From Paraspadella gotoi (lineage: Eukaryota; Animalia; Chaetognatha): 64,000 nt of DNA. How positions within the stretch are numbered: position 1 is the first letter of the stretch; the number at the start of each line of letters is the position of its first letter. The notes beneath the pieces are model-generated. The model was not told the origin of the DNA. It worked only from the letters and a program-made list of their open reading frames with translations, and did not search any database. The translations under genes and the position numbers were made by a program. The stretch covers positions 4,976,188 through 5,040,187 of the forward strand of contig CM119271.1 in assembly GCA_051294375.1 (NCBI GenBank), given 5' to 3'. Positions 27,090 through 40,271 of this stretch are shown here, one piece after another.

Positions 27090-28004
27090 AGCAAAGCGAA
27101 GGAACCTCACTTTTTTTCTTTTCTCAATTTCAGGATAGACGCCTCGTTTTTTTTGCAGGTGAGTCGATGAGAGACTTTTTTTTTCGTGAAAGGAGTGTGG
27201 AGTTAGTGTGGTGAGGGTTGTGGGCGGAATAGTGTAGCCGAGTGGTGAAGATGTGTGTTTTTGAGGAGGGGAAGAGGAGCGGGCCGGATGTGTGGGCGTC
27301 GAAGTCTTTCGACGGATGAGTCTTGATAAATCGAAAAGAAAAAAATAAAAATTCGAGAAAAAGAATAAACAAAGCGTCGACGAGGAAAAGATGAAAGAAA
27401 AAAAAAGAAAGAAAGAAAGTAGCGTCGAAAAAAAAAAAAAAAAATGGAGCAGCAATAATGCGAGGGTGAACGCCGTAAAAAAGTGATAAAAAGCATCTAT
27501 AAAGGGTTTGAAAGATAGACAGACAGAGCAGAATCAATGTTTTTTTGGATTGAAAGAAAATCATTATCATGTCACCTCCATTCGAATCGAATATGATATA
27601 AATATATTTATATGTATATATGGATATTGTGTAATAAACAATAATATAAATGAATATAAAAAAGTTGTGTAAGTTTTTTANNNNNNNNNNNNNNNNNNNN
27701 NNNNNNNNNNNNNNNNNNNNNNNNNNNNNNNNNNNNNNNNNNNNNNNNNNNNNNNNNNNNNNNNNNNNNNNNNNNNNNNNTTAACATTTAAGGTATTTAA
27801 AGCAAGATTGTGATTTGCATTATATATACATAAATAACGATTTAATTTGATCGTTTTATCACCGGTACCTTTTACTTCTCAAACGAATAAATAAACGGAT
27901 CAAAAAGACAGACCGGCAGATTTATCGACGCTACACTATCTAATAGAGTTCGAGCCGCAGCCTTGGCTAAAAAAGCCTGCGGAGATTTACGCGTCTTTGC
28001 GAGC

Positions 28005-28046
<42 letters not shown>

Positions 28047-31000
28047 TCGAAGCGCCAATTATTTTCCCTCAGACGCTGCGGCTTCTCCGATGAAGTCGAT
28101 GACGCGAAAAAGATGGACGCCGCGTGGAGATGAGTATCTCTTTTTTTTAAAGGTAAGTATGAAGTAGGAAAATGGGTGAGGAGGCAGAGAAAGACAGGGG
28201 CGACGGAGGTTGGGAAAATCAAGAAGAGGAAGGCGGGAGAGTGAGTGGAGGCGGGGAGTTAGAGAAAAGAAGGAAGGGAGGAAAAAAGTGGAGGAAAGGA
28301 GCGGAATAAGGAGAAGAAATAAAAGAGAAAAGCAAAGTAGGAGAAAAGGGAGGAAAGAAGAGGAGAGAAGCCGGGGAAAAAAAAATTGAAGGAAGAGAGA
28401 AAGAACCGGAAAATAAAAGGGGGCGATTTGAAGCTGAAGAAAAGAGACATCTGGCGGGAAAAAAAATGTGGATGAAGAGAAGAGATAAGAGGGCGGACTT
28501 TGGGGAGGCAAAGGAGGCGGGAAAATAAGAAAGAAAAAAAAAAAGAGATCGAGAAAATTGGTTCGTGGAGAAGAAATTTAATCTTTGAAGCTAATCGGAT
28601 GTTTTTGCTAAAACTCGAGAGAATCATCTCTTGTCGCGGCGAGGCGAGATTAAAAAGAGAGAGAGAGACCGAACGAGAGAGAGAGAAGAGGAGAAAAGAA
28701 GAGGAGTACAGCTTTACTTCTTATCAAACACAGTAAAATGAGTATGAAAAGTATTCAACACGTTATGACATTTCGTATACACTAGCACTTGAAAACGGCC
28801 GTTCGAAAAAAACGAAAAATGGCGGCCGTAAGATGACCGAAGGGGAGGTTCGCGCGGTGAATTGTAAACAAGAAGACAAACTTCACAGGACATTCATGGA
28901 AATAGTGTCTAGTGGAAATTTCTCGTGAACTTTCAAACATAATTGGGCGATCGTGAATATATAATGGATGTTCGACGCTAAGCAAGAATATTTTTGCAAT
29001 CAATCGACTGCTTCTTAATCTAAAAGTTATTGCTTAGTTGTACATTAAGTACATAGTACTCGTACTTAATACTGCGAAACGAAAACCGAAGCGTAAGAAT
29101 AGTGGACGCGACTCATTTGCATAGAAAAAAAAGAAAAACGTTAGGAGAAAAAAGTAAGATTTCGTGCCGGATGCAGTAAAAGAGAAGAGTTAACAAAAAA
29201 AAAAGAATAAGAAAAAAGCAAAAAAAAAAAAGCAAAAAAAAAAGCTAGAATTTTGTCTCGTTATCGCGCTCAGCTCTCGGGCGTCGTCAGCCTGTCAGTC
29301 TGTGCTCTCTCCATTGACTTTTTTTCTGTCAACATCGACCTTGTCTATCTTTCACTAAGAAAGTCCGTGTTCCCGTTAGTCATTGTCTTCAAACAAATGT
29401 CTGTCTAACCCCATTTACTTATCTTCCCGATTTTGTTTTCGAATCGATTAGTCCGTTTTCCCCGTTAGTCTTTCTTTGACTTGTGATTCTTGCGAGGTTG
29501 CTCTGTCTTCTCTATTGTCTATCTTTCCGGATCTTACTGTTTGTTTGTTTTCCCGCCGTTGTATTTGATCCCGCTCATATGTTTCCGTATGTTCTGTCTT
29601 TCGCGTTCATCCTCACGTATGCCTTTGTTTATTATTCCCTTCTTTCAACGGACTACCGCATAGGAAACTTCAAATTTTCCAGTCACACGATCTGTATGTC
29701 CGTCCGTCCGTCCTTTACGTTTCTTTCCGTTTACTACCGACCGCCTTGGTTTCAATTCCTTCTTACTGTCGCCGCAATTTTTTCTGTTCCGTCCCGAAAA
29801 GTCCGTTCTGTTCCGTTTAAATATTTTCACAATTAAAGAAGTAAGTTTGTTTAAACTCGTTTTGTTTGTCTGTTCATATTTCTTGTTCTNNNNNNNNNNN
29901 NNNNNNNNNNNNNNGTCCGTCTGTATCTCTATCTGTTTGTCTTCCTGTCCGTGTATCGGTTGTTTGTATAAGTTTCTGTCACTTGCTCTTCGATGTCAGT
30001 CTTTTTGCGAGTCCGTCAGTTTAACTATTCTCACACCCGCGCCTGTCGTGGTCTGTCCGTCCATCCGTCCGTCCATCCGTCCGCTTTCCTCTCCTCAACT
30101 TTGGCGACTTCATTCCGCGGCGACGAAAGGCATTTAGGTCCCGTTAGAGCGCAATCAATCCTCATTCCAGCGCAACGACAGACTTGCCAATTTAGGGATG
30201 CCCGCGCGCGGACCCGAACAAGTCGGGAAGATGGGAGGGAAGATTGGAAGGGGGAGAGTTTGGGACTTGCACGTAGGAGGAGGGCAGAGAGAGAGGGAGA
30301 GAGAGAGAGAGAGAGGGAGAGAGAGAGAGAGAGGGAGGGAGGGAGAGAGAGTAGAATAGGAAGAGATTGAAAGTGAGTGGGATGAATTAAAAATAAATAA
30401 AAGGGAGATAAATAAAATGTAATAATGGTGGAAAATGAGGCAAAATATAGAAAACATGAAAAAGAGCAAGAGATAGAAAAAAAGAAGGGGAAAAAAGAAA
30501 TGACAAAAAGCAAAAGGACAAAATGAAAAAGGGGGAAAAAAAGATCAGAATAAAAGAGAAAATAAGGATTAAGAGAAGAAAAGAAAAAAAGGTAAGCGGC
30601 ATCAATGAGAAAAAAAAAGACGTTGGGCGACCGACAGACCGATCGTTGCCCTTTTTTTTCCTCCAACGAGGGTCGAGAGGCCAAATCGTGGATCCTCGTT
30701 TGCGACCCAACGTGGGTCAGGGTCAGGGGGAGAGAGGTAAGGTAAGGTGAGGTGAGGTGAGGTCATTAGGGGTGAGTGAGAATAGGTCATCATACGGAGG
30801 AGGTGGGAGAGAGAGAGAGAGAAAGAGGAATGAGGGAGAAAAAACAACTAACAAGAACGGTGATTCCAAAGTGTTGCGCCGCACTGACTTTATTTTTATG
30901 CGTAATTCTCTCTAATCANNNNNNNNNNTCGTCTCCGCCCCGCGAGGGGTCGCGTCATGTTCGGTTCGGTCTACGGGGCAAAGTGTTGTCAAAAGACTCA

Positions 31001-34000
31001 GGAGTGGTTTAAAATGTTAAGTTTAAAAATGTTTTAGTCAAGCAGAAGTTCTTCTTGTTTTTTTCTCGCCAGAGCTGCGACAATCGGCAGGGTGAGTGCT
31101 TAGAAGAACAGAAAGGAAGTTATTTCGATCCGACCCAAGACATTCGTCTTCCGCGATTCTTAATGCTTGGCATAATTTCTCGGCGCGATCCCTGGTTGTT
31201 CGTTGGAGTCACACGCGAACTTTCCATGACTTTTAGCGAATTTCTTTTTTCAACGTTTGACGAGTGACGGAATCTTGACGCGAATTTTATCGCGACTTGA
31301 AGGGAATAAGTTGCGGGGATTAGCAGAAGCCTTCGGCGCTGACGAGGCCGTTGCACTCGAGAGGGACCTTTGTGAAACGTCGAAGCTCTTGTCAATTCTA
31401 TGGGGGATTTTTGAGAAATGGGAAAGAGGTTTTATGCCGGTTATGCCAGTTTGTTTTTTTTTTTAAAGAAAAGCGCAAATGGTGAGACTCTATATCAATC
31501 AAAAGGGCGCTTTGAATATCTCGGTAAAACTTATTTTTGAACGTTTAAGTTTGCCCGATGCCCATTCACTTGAAAGAGCTTTTTTTGAGGGCCTTACCCC
31601 TTTCTTACCCCTTACCCACGACGCCTTATTAACCCCCGCGGGACATTTTCGACAAAATCTCGGAAGCCTAAGGCGAGGACTCTGAGGACTCTCGCTCTTA
31701 ATGGGCCGCGCATGAATGTGACAAAAGGGAGAGAAAGCCGGCGCGAGAGAGCGGAGATTTCAGANNNNNNNNNNNNNNNNNNNNNNNNNNNNNNNNNNNN
31801 NNNNNNNNNNNNNNNNNNNNNNNNNNNNNNNNNNNNNNNNNNNNNNNNNNNNNNNNNNNNNNNNNNNNNNGGGGTAACCCTTTAACGCGAACTCTCTCGC
31901 TCTCTCTCTCTCTCTCTCTTTGCTCTCTCTCCTCTCTCGCCAGACTTCGGTTCACTGCTGGCAATCTCTCCGTAAAATTCTTCGCGAAGTCTGAAGAGTC
32001 GCGTTAAAGGGTTACCCCATAATCTCCAGGCTCTCTCCGCAATTCTCAGCGAGCGAGTCTACGCTGAAACTCGTAAAGGTTATTAATCTTNNNNNNNNNN
32101 NNNNNNNNNNNNNNNNNNNNNNNNNNNNNNNNNNNNNNNNNNNNNNNNNNNNNNNNNNNNNNNNNNNNNNNNNNNNNNNNNNNNNNNNNNNNNNNNNNNN
32201 NNNNNNNNNNNNNNNNNNNNNNNNNNNNNNNNNNNNNNNNNNNNNNNNNNNNNNNNNNNNNNNNNNNNNNNNNNNNNNNNNNNNNNNNNNNNNNNNNNNN
32301 NNNNNNNNNNNNNNNNNNNNNNNNNNNNNNNNNNNNNNNNNNNNNNNNNNNNNNNNNNNNNNNNNNNNNNNNNNNNNNNNNNNNNNNNNNNNNNNNNNNN
32401 NNNNNNNNNNAGATAGATTTTTTTTTCCTCTCGCTCTCCCTCGGCCTCGACTTTGATTTGACCTTGGAAATTTTCTATTTCTAAGAAAAGAGATCCGATC
32501 GGACTGAATTAGCCAGGGGTGGTCGGGAAGGGAATGGAGGAATGGGGGGGGGGTAACAGGGGTAATAAGAAGGAAGGGAGAGGACGAGAGAGAAAGGAAG
32601 GAACCGAGAGGGAAAAATGGAGGAAGAGAGGAGAAAATGTATCTAGCTTTAGTGGGGTGGGTGAAATAGAAAGAGGGGGGGAAAAAGGGAGAAAATAGGA
32701 TATAAGACAGAAAAAGTAAGTATGACCCGAAACCCCCCAACCGACCCCCTGCGGCCATCTTGGACGAAATCGACGGTCAAATTGTTTATGGACGAAGATC
32801 GGCGATGATCGTTCGACTCCCAAACGACGCAATTTCAAACTGAGCGACATCTCTCGACCGCAATTATGCTATGATAATATTCTCATTCAAATTTTCTAAT
32901 ATTACAGCTTAAGACCGCCGTTGAGGGAGAGAGAGACGATCTCGGAGAAGAGAGGTTTTATCGTTCGGCGAAACTTTGCGGAAAAGAAAAATTAGGTTCT
33001 ATCGTAAACACGCAAAAGAGATGAGAAAATAGTTCGTGAGAGAAGAAATTTAATCTTTGAAAGCTATCGGATGTTTTGCTAAAACTCGCAGAGAATCATC
33101 TCTTGTCGCGGCGAGGCGAGGATTAAAAAGGAGAGAAGAGAGCCGAACGAGAGAGAGAGAAGAGGAAAGAAGAGAACAGACTTTACTCTCTTATCAAACA
33201 CAGTAAATGAGTATGAAAAAGTTAATTGANNNNNNNNNNNNNNNNNNNNNNNNNNNNNNNNNNNNNNNNNNNNNNNNNNNNNNNNNNNNNNNNNNNNNNN
33301 NNNNNNNNNNNNNNNNNNNNNNNNNNNNNNNNNNNNNNNNNNNNNNNNNNNNNNNNNNNNNNNNNNNNNNNNNNNNNNNNNNNNNNNNNNNNNNNNNNNN
33401 NNNNNNNNNNNNNNNNNNNNNNNNNNNNNNNNNNNNNNNNNNNNNNNNNNNNNNNNNNNNNNNNNNNNNNNNNNNNNNNNNNNNNNNNNNNNNNNNNNNN
33501 NNNNNNNNNNNNNNNNNNNNNNNNNNNNNNNNNNNNNNNNNNNNNNNNNNNNNNNNNNNNNNNNNNNNNNNNNNNNNNNNNNNNNNNNNNNNNNNNNNNN
33601 NNNNNNNNNNNNNNNNNNNNNNNNNNNNNNNNNNNNNNNNNNNNNNNNNNNNNNNNNNNNNNNNNNNNNNNNNNNNNNNNNNNNNNNNNNNNNNNNNNNN
33701 NNNNNNNNNNNNNNNNNNNNNNNNNNNNNNNNNNNNNNNNNNNNNNNNNNNNNNNNNNNNNNNNNNNNNNNNNNNNNNNNNNNNNNNNNNNNNNNNNNNN
33801 NNNNNNNNNNNNNNNNNNNNNNNNNNNNNNNNNNNNNNNNNNNNNNNNNNNNNNNNNNNNNNNNNNNNNNNNNNNNNNNNNNNNNNNNNNNNNNNNNNNN
33901 NNNNNNNNNNNNNNNNNNNNNNNNNNNNNNNNNNNNNNNNNNNNNNNNNNNNNNNNNNNNNNNNNNNNNNNNNNNNNNNNNNNNNNNNNNNNNNNNNNNN

Positions 34001-37000
34001 NNNNNNNNNNNNNNNNNNNNNNNNNNNNNNNNNNNNNNNNNNNNNNNNNNNNNNNNNNNNNNNNNNNNNNNNNNNNNNNNNNNNNNNNNNNNNNNNNNNN
34101 NNNNNNNNNNNNNNNNNNNNNNNNNNNNNNNNNNNNNNNNNNNNNNNNNNNNNNNNNNNNNNNNNNNNNNNNNNNNNNNNNGACATTTCGTTACACTGCA
34201 CTGAAACCCGTCGAAAAACGAAATGGCGGCCGAAGATGACCGAGGGGAGTCGCGCGGTGAATTTAAACAAAAGACAAACGTCACAGACATTATGGAAATT
34301 AGTTGTCTAGGGAAATTTTCTGACTTTCAAACATAATTTGGCGATCGTGAATATATTGTTCGACGCTAAGCAAGGAATATTTTTGCATCAATCGACTGCT
34401 TCTTAATTAAAAGTTATTCTTAGTTGTACATTAGTACATAAGTACTCGTACTAATACTCGAAACGAAAACGAAGCGAAGAAAGTGACGCGACTCATTTGC
34501 ATAGAAAAAAAAGAAAAACGTTAGGGAGAAAAAAGTAAGTATTTCCGGATGAGTAAAGAGAAGAGTAACAAAAAAAAGAAAAGAAAAAAGCAAAAAAAAA
34601 AACCCAAAAAAAAGCAGAATTTGTCTCGTTATCGCGCTCGCGTCTCGGGTGTCAGCCTGTCAGTCTGTCTTCTCCATTGACTTTTTTTTCTGTCAACTCG
34701 CTTGTCTATCTTTCACTAGATCCGTGTTCCCGTTAGTCTGTCTTCACAAATGTCTGTCTACCCCATTTTACGTATCTTCCCGATTTTGTTTTCTCGATTA
34801 TCCGTTTTCCCGTTAGTCTTTCTTTGACTTGTGATTCTTGGAGGTTGTCTGTCTTCTCTATTGTCTATCTTTCCGATCTTCTGTTTGTTTGTTTTCCCGG
34901 TTGTATTTGATCCCGCTCATATGTTTCCGTATGTCTGTCTTTCCGTTCATCCTACGTATGCCTTTGTTTATTATTCCCATTCTTTCACGGACTACGATAG
35001 GAATTCAAATTTCCATCAACGATCTGTATGTCCGTCCGTCCGTCTTTACGTTTCTCCTTTACTACCGACCGCCTTGGTTTAATTTCCTTCTTATGTCCCG
35101 CAATTTTCTGTTCGTCCGAAAAGTCCGTCTGTCCGTTAAATATTTTCACATTAAAGAAGTAAGTTTGTTTAAACTCTTTGTTTGTCTGTTCATATTTCTG
35201 TCCGTCTGTATCTCTATCTGTTTGTCTTCCTGTCCGTGNNNNNNNNNNNNNNNNNNNNNNNNNGGAAAGAGAAGAGATCGCAATTAATTCAGCTGCTCCA
35301 TTTTTTTTTTCTTTTTTTCGACGGCTACTTTCTTCTTTTTTTTTTTTTCTTTCAATCTCTATATTCCTTCCGACGCTTTTTGTTTATCTTTTTCTTCGTA
35401 TTCTTTATTTTTTTCTTTCGATTTAGTCAAGACTATCTCGCTCCGGAGAAGAACTTTCGAAACGCCCAAATCCGGCCCGCTCCCTCTCCTCCTCCCTCAA
35501 CTGCAACACACTCCACTCGGCTACAACTATTCACCGCCCCATCCAACCCTCTCACCACTAAAACTCCCCTTCCTTTCAACGAAAACAAGTCCTCTTTCAT
35601 TCGACTCACTGCAAAAAAACACGAGGCGTCCTATCTGCCAAATGAGAAAGCAAAAAAAGTGCCAGGCTCCTCGCTTTGGCTTGTACTCCTTCTCATCTCT
35701 CTCTTCTCTCCTCTCTCTCTTCCTCTCTTCTCTCTCATCTCTCTCTCTCTCTCTCTGCGTCATCTCTTCTGCCTCTCCTCCTACTTCTTTCTGCGAGTGC
35801 GTCGAAATACTGTTTCCTTTTCCGCTCGCAGTAAACAACTAAGCCTCACTTTCTTCTTACCCGACTTCAGCTTTCCCCCATTCGAATTTTCATCATTTTT
35901 AGTTGCCGTCCGCGAGGACTCGCCGACGAAACTCTATAAGTTCACTTTTCGGTGCGGTCTCTTCTGGTCGGTCCGGTATGTCTGTCTATCGGTCCTGTCC
36001 ACTTATATTCAAAATGTAATAGTATCAAAGGTAATAAAAAATGGAATTTTCGACTCAGTGCATGTCATAAATACACGGGCTTAAGAAAGTTTTTTTAGTC
36101 ATGGTCATGTTATGTCAATGTCATGATCAATGTGATTAGAGAGAATTACGCTCATAAAAATAAAGTCAGTTGGGCCGGAGCGCAACACTTTGGAATCCAC
36201 GTTCTTGTTAGTTGTTTTTTCATCCGCTCATTCCTCTATTCTCTCTCTCTTCTCTCCGCACCGTCCTCCGTATGATTGACCTATTCTCACTGCACCCCTA
36301 ATACGACCTCAACCCTCCACCTCAACCTTAACCTTAACCCGTCTCTCCCCGCACATCCCTGACCACTGACCCGACACGTTGGGTCGCACAACGAGGATCC
36401 ACGATTTTGGAGCCTCTCCGGACCGTCTCGTTGGAGGAAAAAAAAGGGCAAAACGAATCGGTCTGTCGTCGCCCAACGTCTTTTTTTTTTCTCATTGATG
36501 GCGCTTACCTTTTTTTCTTTTCTTCTCTTAATCCTTATTTTCTCTTTTATTCTTGATCTTTTTTCCCCCTTTTTTCATTTTGGTCGCTTTGCTTTTTTTG
36601 TCATTTCTTTTTTCCCCCTTCTTTTTTTCTATCTCTTGTCCTTTTCATGTTTTCGTATATTTTGCCTGCATTTTCCACCATTGATTACATTTTATTTATC
36701 TTCCCTTTTTATTTATTTTTAATTGTCATCCCACTCACTTCAATCTTCTTCCTATTCTTACTCTCTCTCCCTCCCTCCCTCTCTCCTCTCTCGTCCTCTC
36801 TCTCTCTCATTCTCTCTCTCCCATTCTCTTGCCTCTCCCTACGTGCAAGTTTCCCAAACCTTCTGCCCCCTTCCAATCTTCACCTCCCATCTTCGCCGAC
36901 TTGTTCGGGGTCCCGCGCGCGGGCATCCTAAATTGGCAAGTCTGCTCGTTGGCGCTTGGAAATGAGGATTTGATTGCGCGTTCTAACGGGACCTTAAATG

Positions 37001-38180
37001 CCTTTCGTGCGCCGCGGAATAGGAAGTCGCCAAAGTTGAGGAGAGGAAAGCGCGGACGCGACGCGGATGGCACGGACAGAACCACGACTAGGTCGCGGGT
37101 AGGTGAGAATAGTTAAACTGACGGACTCGCAAATAAGAAACGTGACAAATCCGAAAGAGCTAAGTGACAGAAACTGTATTACAAACAACCGATATTAGCC
37201 CGTGTATTTATGACATGCACTGAGTCGAAATTCCATTTTTTATTCCTTATATATACATTTTTAATATAAGTGGGACAGACCGATAGACAGACATACCGAC
37301 CGACAGAGAGACCGACCGAAAAGTGNNNNNNNNNNNNNNNNNNNNNNNNNNNNNNNNNNNNNNNNNNNNNNNNNNNNNNNNNNNNNNNNNNNNNNNNNNN
37401 NNNNNNNNNNNNNNNNNNNNNNNNNNNNNNNNNNNNNNNNNNNNNNNNNNNNNNNNNNNNNNNNNNNNNNNNNNNNNNNNNNNNNNNNNNNNNNNNNNNN
37501 NNNNNNNNNNNNNNNNNNNNNNNNNNNNNNNNNNNNNNNNNNNNNNNNNNNAGAGAGAGAGAGAGAGAGAGAGAGAGTACAAGCAAAGCGAAGGAACCTC
37601 ACTTTTTTTCTTTCTCATTTCAGGATAGGACGCCTCGTTTTTTTGCAGGTGAGTCGATGAAGAGACTTTTTTTTTCGTGAAAGGAGTGTGGAGTTAGTGT
37701 GGTGAGGGTTGTGGGCGGGAATAGTGTAGCCGAGTGGAGTGTGTGGAGGAGGGGGAGAGGAGCGGGCCGGATGTGTGGGCGTCGAAGTCTTTCCGACGAG
37801 ATGAGTCTTGACTAAATCGAAAAGAAAAAAATAAAAATACGAAGAAAAAGAATAAACAAAAAGCGTCGACGAGGAAAAAGATGAAAAGAAAAAAAAAAGA
37901 AAGAAAGAAAGTAGCGTCGAAAAAAAAGAAAAAAAAATGGAGCAGCTAATAATGCGAGGGTGAACGCCGTAAAAAAGTGATAAAAAGCATCTATAAAAGA
38001 GGTTTGAAAGATAGACAGACAAGAGCAGAATCAATGTTTTTTTTGAATTGAAAGAAAATCATTATCATGTCACCTCCAGTTACGAATCGAATAGATATAA
38101 TATATATTTATATGTATATAATGGATATTGTGTAATAAAACAAATAATATAAATGAATATAAAAAAGTTGTGTAAGTTTT
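21525..38180. repeat. Mosaic of 2-4 redundant, indel-rich copies of one ~6 kb segment (direct and inverted), interleaved with N gaps
   Basis: Approximate matches: 21525-22400 with 30930-31765; 22825-23440 with 32411-33015; 23545-24600 with 27781-28790; 24580-25730 with 28770-29960 and 34182-35238; 25690-26720 with 29915-30918 and inverted 36110-37190; 26700-27680 with inverted 35265-36130 and direct 37197-38180. Confidence 0.85.
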
Positions 38181-38840
38181 TTGCTTCGGCAGAAAAATTA
38201 TTATGAATAAAAACACAAGAATAGCTTTGTAGTTTTTGTTTCAACGTCATTTTAAAATGTTGTTTAATGTTAATATTTTCAAAATGAAGTAATACAGTGC
38301 TGAAGACAAAACATTATGTTTAGTATTTATTATTTAACGTAGCGAAAGAGATGAAGCCGGTTCACAGAGATAATTATCCTAGAGCAGAAGAGATACAACC
38401 ACTAAGGCGAATAGGGGGAGAGGAGAAAAAGGGAAAAACCAGAATTACGAACGCTAATCATTCAACCTGGTTTTTTTTTTATCGTTTTACAGGGGAGTAC
38501 AACTACCGATAGAGAGAGAGGAAACCCAGAATTACGAAGCTAATCATCAACCTGTATTTCGTGGTGCTTTTCTTAATTAAAAATTAGGAAAAAATTTTAT
38601 CGGTTTAACTTCATTAGGTCATGGGCTAGTGGGTGGCTCTCATCTCGTGCTCTCTATATATCTCTCTCTCTCTCTCTCTCTCTCTTCTCTTTTCTCTCTC
38701 TCTCTCTTTCTCTCTCTCTCCGTTCGCTTGTCAGACGGTCAAACGTTTACCGGGAATGGGCACGCAATATATATTAAACATTTTCGTTAAATACTTTATA
38801 TAATGGTGGGGAGAGNNNNNNNNNNNNNNNNNNNNNNNNN

Positions 38841-38877
<37 letters not shown>

Positions 38878-39505
38878 TGGCGTTAAATTTGTTTTCGGGA
38901 GAGAGGAAAGCGATTGGCAACCGATCGAGTCGTTTAAACGTAATCGGTTAACCGAAACTGGCGCGCCGTCACTTTCCAAGTTGCACTCTTTAACATCAGC
39001 CATTTTGTGCGTAAACTGAGTCTAGAAGAATGTAAAAACATTATATAAAGCTAAAGAAAGGTAGACATACAAGGAGAAAACACTTAAAGAAAATATTTGA
39101 AAAAGATATAATTGAGAAAGTTGCAAAATTACTTGTTTCACTTTCTTTATTTTTTATTTTTTAGATTTAAAATAACTATTATTTATGATTTTATTTATTT
39201 GTTAAAATATTTTTGTGTTTAAATATTTAAATATAATATTATAATATTATATATAAAGAAGTTTCTACGCGCCTAATGGTTAATTCGTTTCACGTCATCG
39301 CATCAGTTGACTTTTCTCACTAATTCTAAGTCAAAATCAATTCTCTTATCCAAAATTTTCTTTTCACATTCGTTGACTTTCGCGACTTCGGGTCCTCGAT
39401 TTTGGGTCAGCATCGTCGAGTCTCTCTGTTCCTTCTCTCGAGGTCGACCGACTCTGGGTCGAAATTCTGGGGCTTGAGTAAATATCATGTGAACGAAGGG
39501 ACGGG

Positions 39506-39538
39506 GTCACGTGAACGGAGGGAAAAGAGGTCACGTGT
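39506..39538. promoter_or_regulatory. Two GGTCACGTG E-boxes upstream of PAICS
   Basis: ggtcacgtgaac and ggtcacgtgttt lie 25 bp apart, ~1.8 kb before the PAICS ATG. Function is inferred only. Confidence 0.35.
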
Positions 39539-40271
39539 TTTTTTCGGGGGGGGGGTTTGAATGACTTGAAGTCGTTGTGCTTTACGAACAGTTAAAGAGA
39601 AAATAAGAGTTATAGAAAAATTAACTTAAGTACGCACTATTTCGTGTTACTNNNNNNNNNNNNNNNNNNNNNNNNNNNNNNNNNNNNNNNNNNNNNNNNN
39701 NNNNNNNNNNNNNNNNNNNNNNNNNNNNNNNNNNNNNNNNNNNNNNNNNNNNNNNNNNNNNNNNNNNNNNNNNNNNNNNNNNNNNNNNNNNNNNNNNNNN
39801 NNNNNNNNNNNNNNNNNNNNNNNNNNNNNNNNNNNNNNNNNNNNNNNNNNNNNNNNNNNNNNNNNNNNNNNNNNNNNNNNNNNNNNNNNNNNNNNNNNNN
39901 NNNNNNNNNNNNNNNNNNNNNNNNNNNNNNNNNNNNNNNNNNNNNNNNNNNNGTTTTTTTTTTATAGTAAAAATGGATAATATGTGAAAAAGGACAACGA
40001 TATCCGAGTTGGAGAGTTTCGCGATTTTGACGTGAATGTCTTCCGGTGCGAACCATCAGACATCGTGTTTCCAAAAGGAAAGAGATACGATTTTTTCCCG
40101 CCGACCATCGAAACCCGTAAAGGATCGAGGGTATCTTCTAGAAAATGGGGGGGGGGTTGGACGGGATGTGAGAAAATAGGGAGGAGGAAGAGGAAAGAGC
40201 GTTTTCGTCCCGATGGAAATCAATTTTTTTTTTTTCGTATTCGACCATTGACTTAAATCGGAAATTTGTCG

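Noticed and set aside
33079-34310. Long ORFs of 337-403 aa (and other X-rich ORFs)
   Set aside because: They consist of N gaps.
36300-36345. Telomere-like (ccttaa/cctcaa) repeats
   Set aside because: Error-rich inverted copy of the ggtaa/ggtga pentamer run at 26538-26560 and 30736-30762.
38731-39003. PPAT head-to-head with PAICS
   Set aside because: No ECGVFG or other amidophosphoribosyltransferase motif found upstream on the minus strand.
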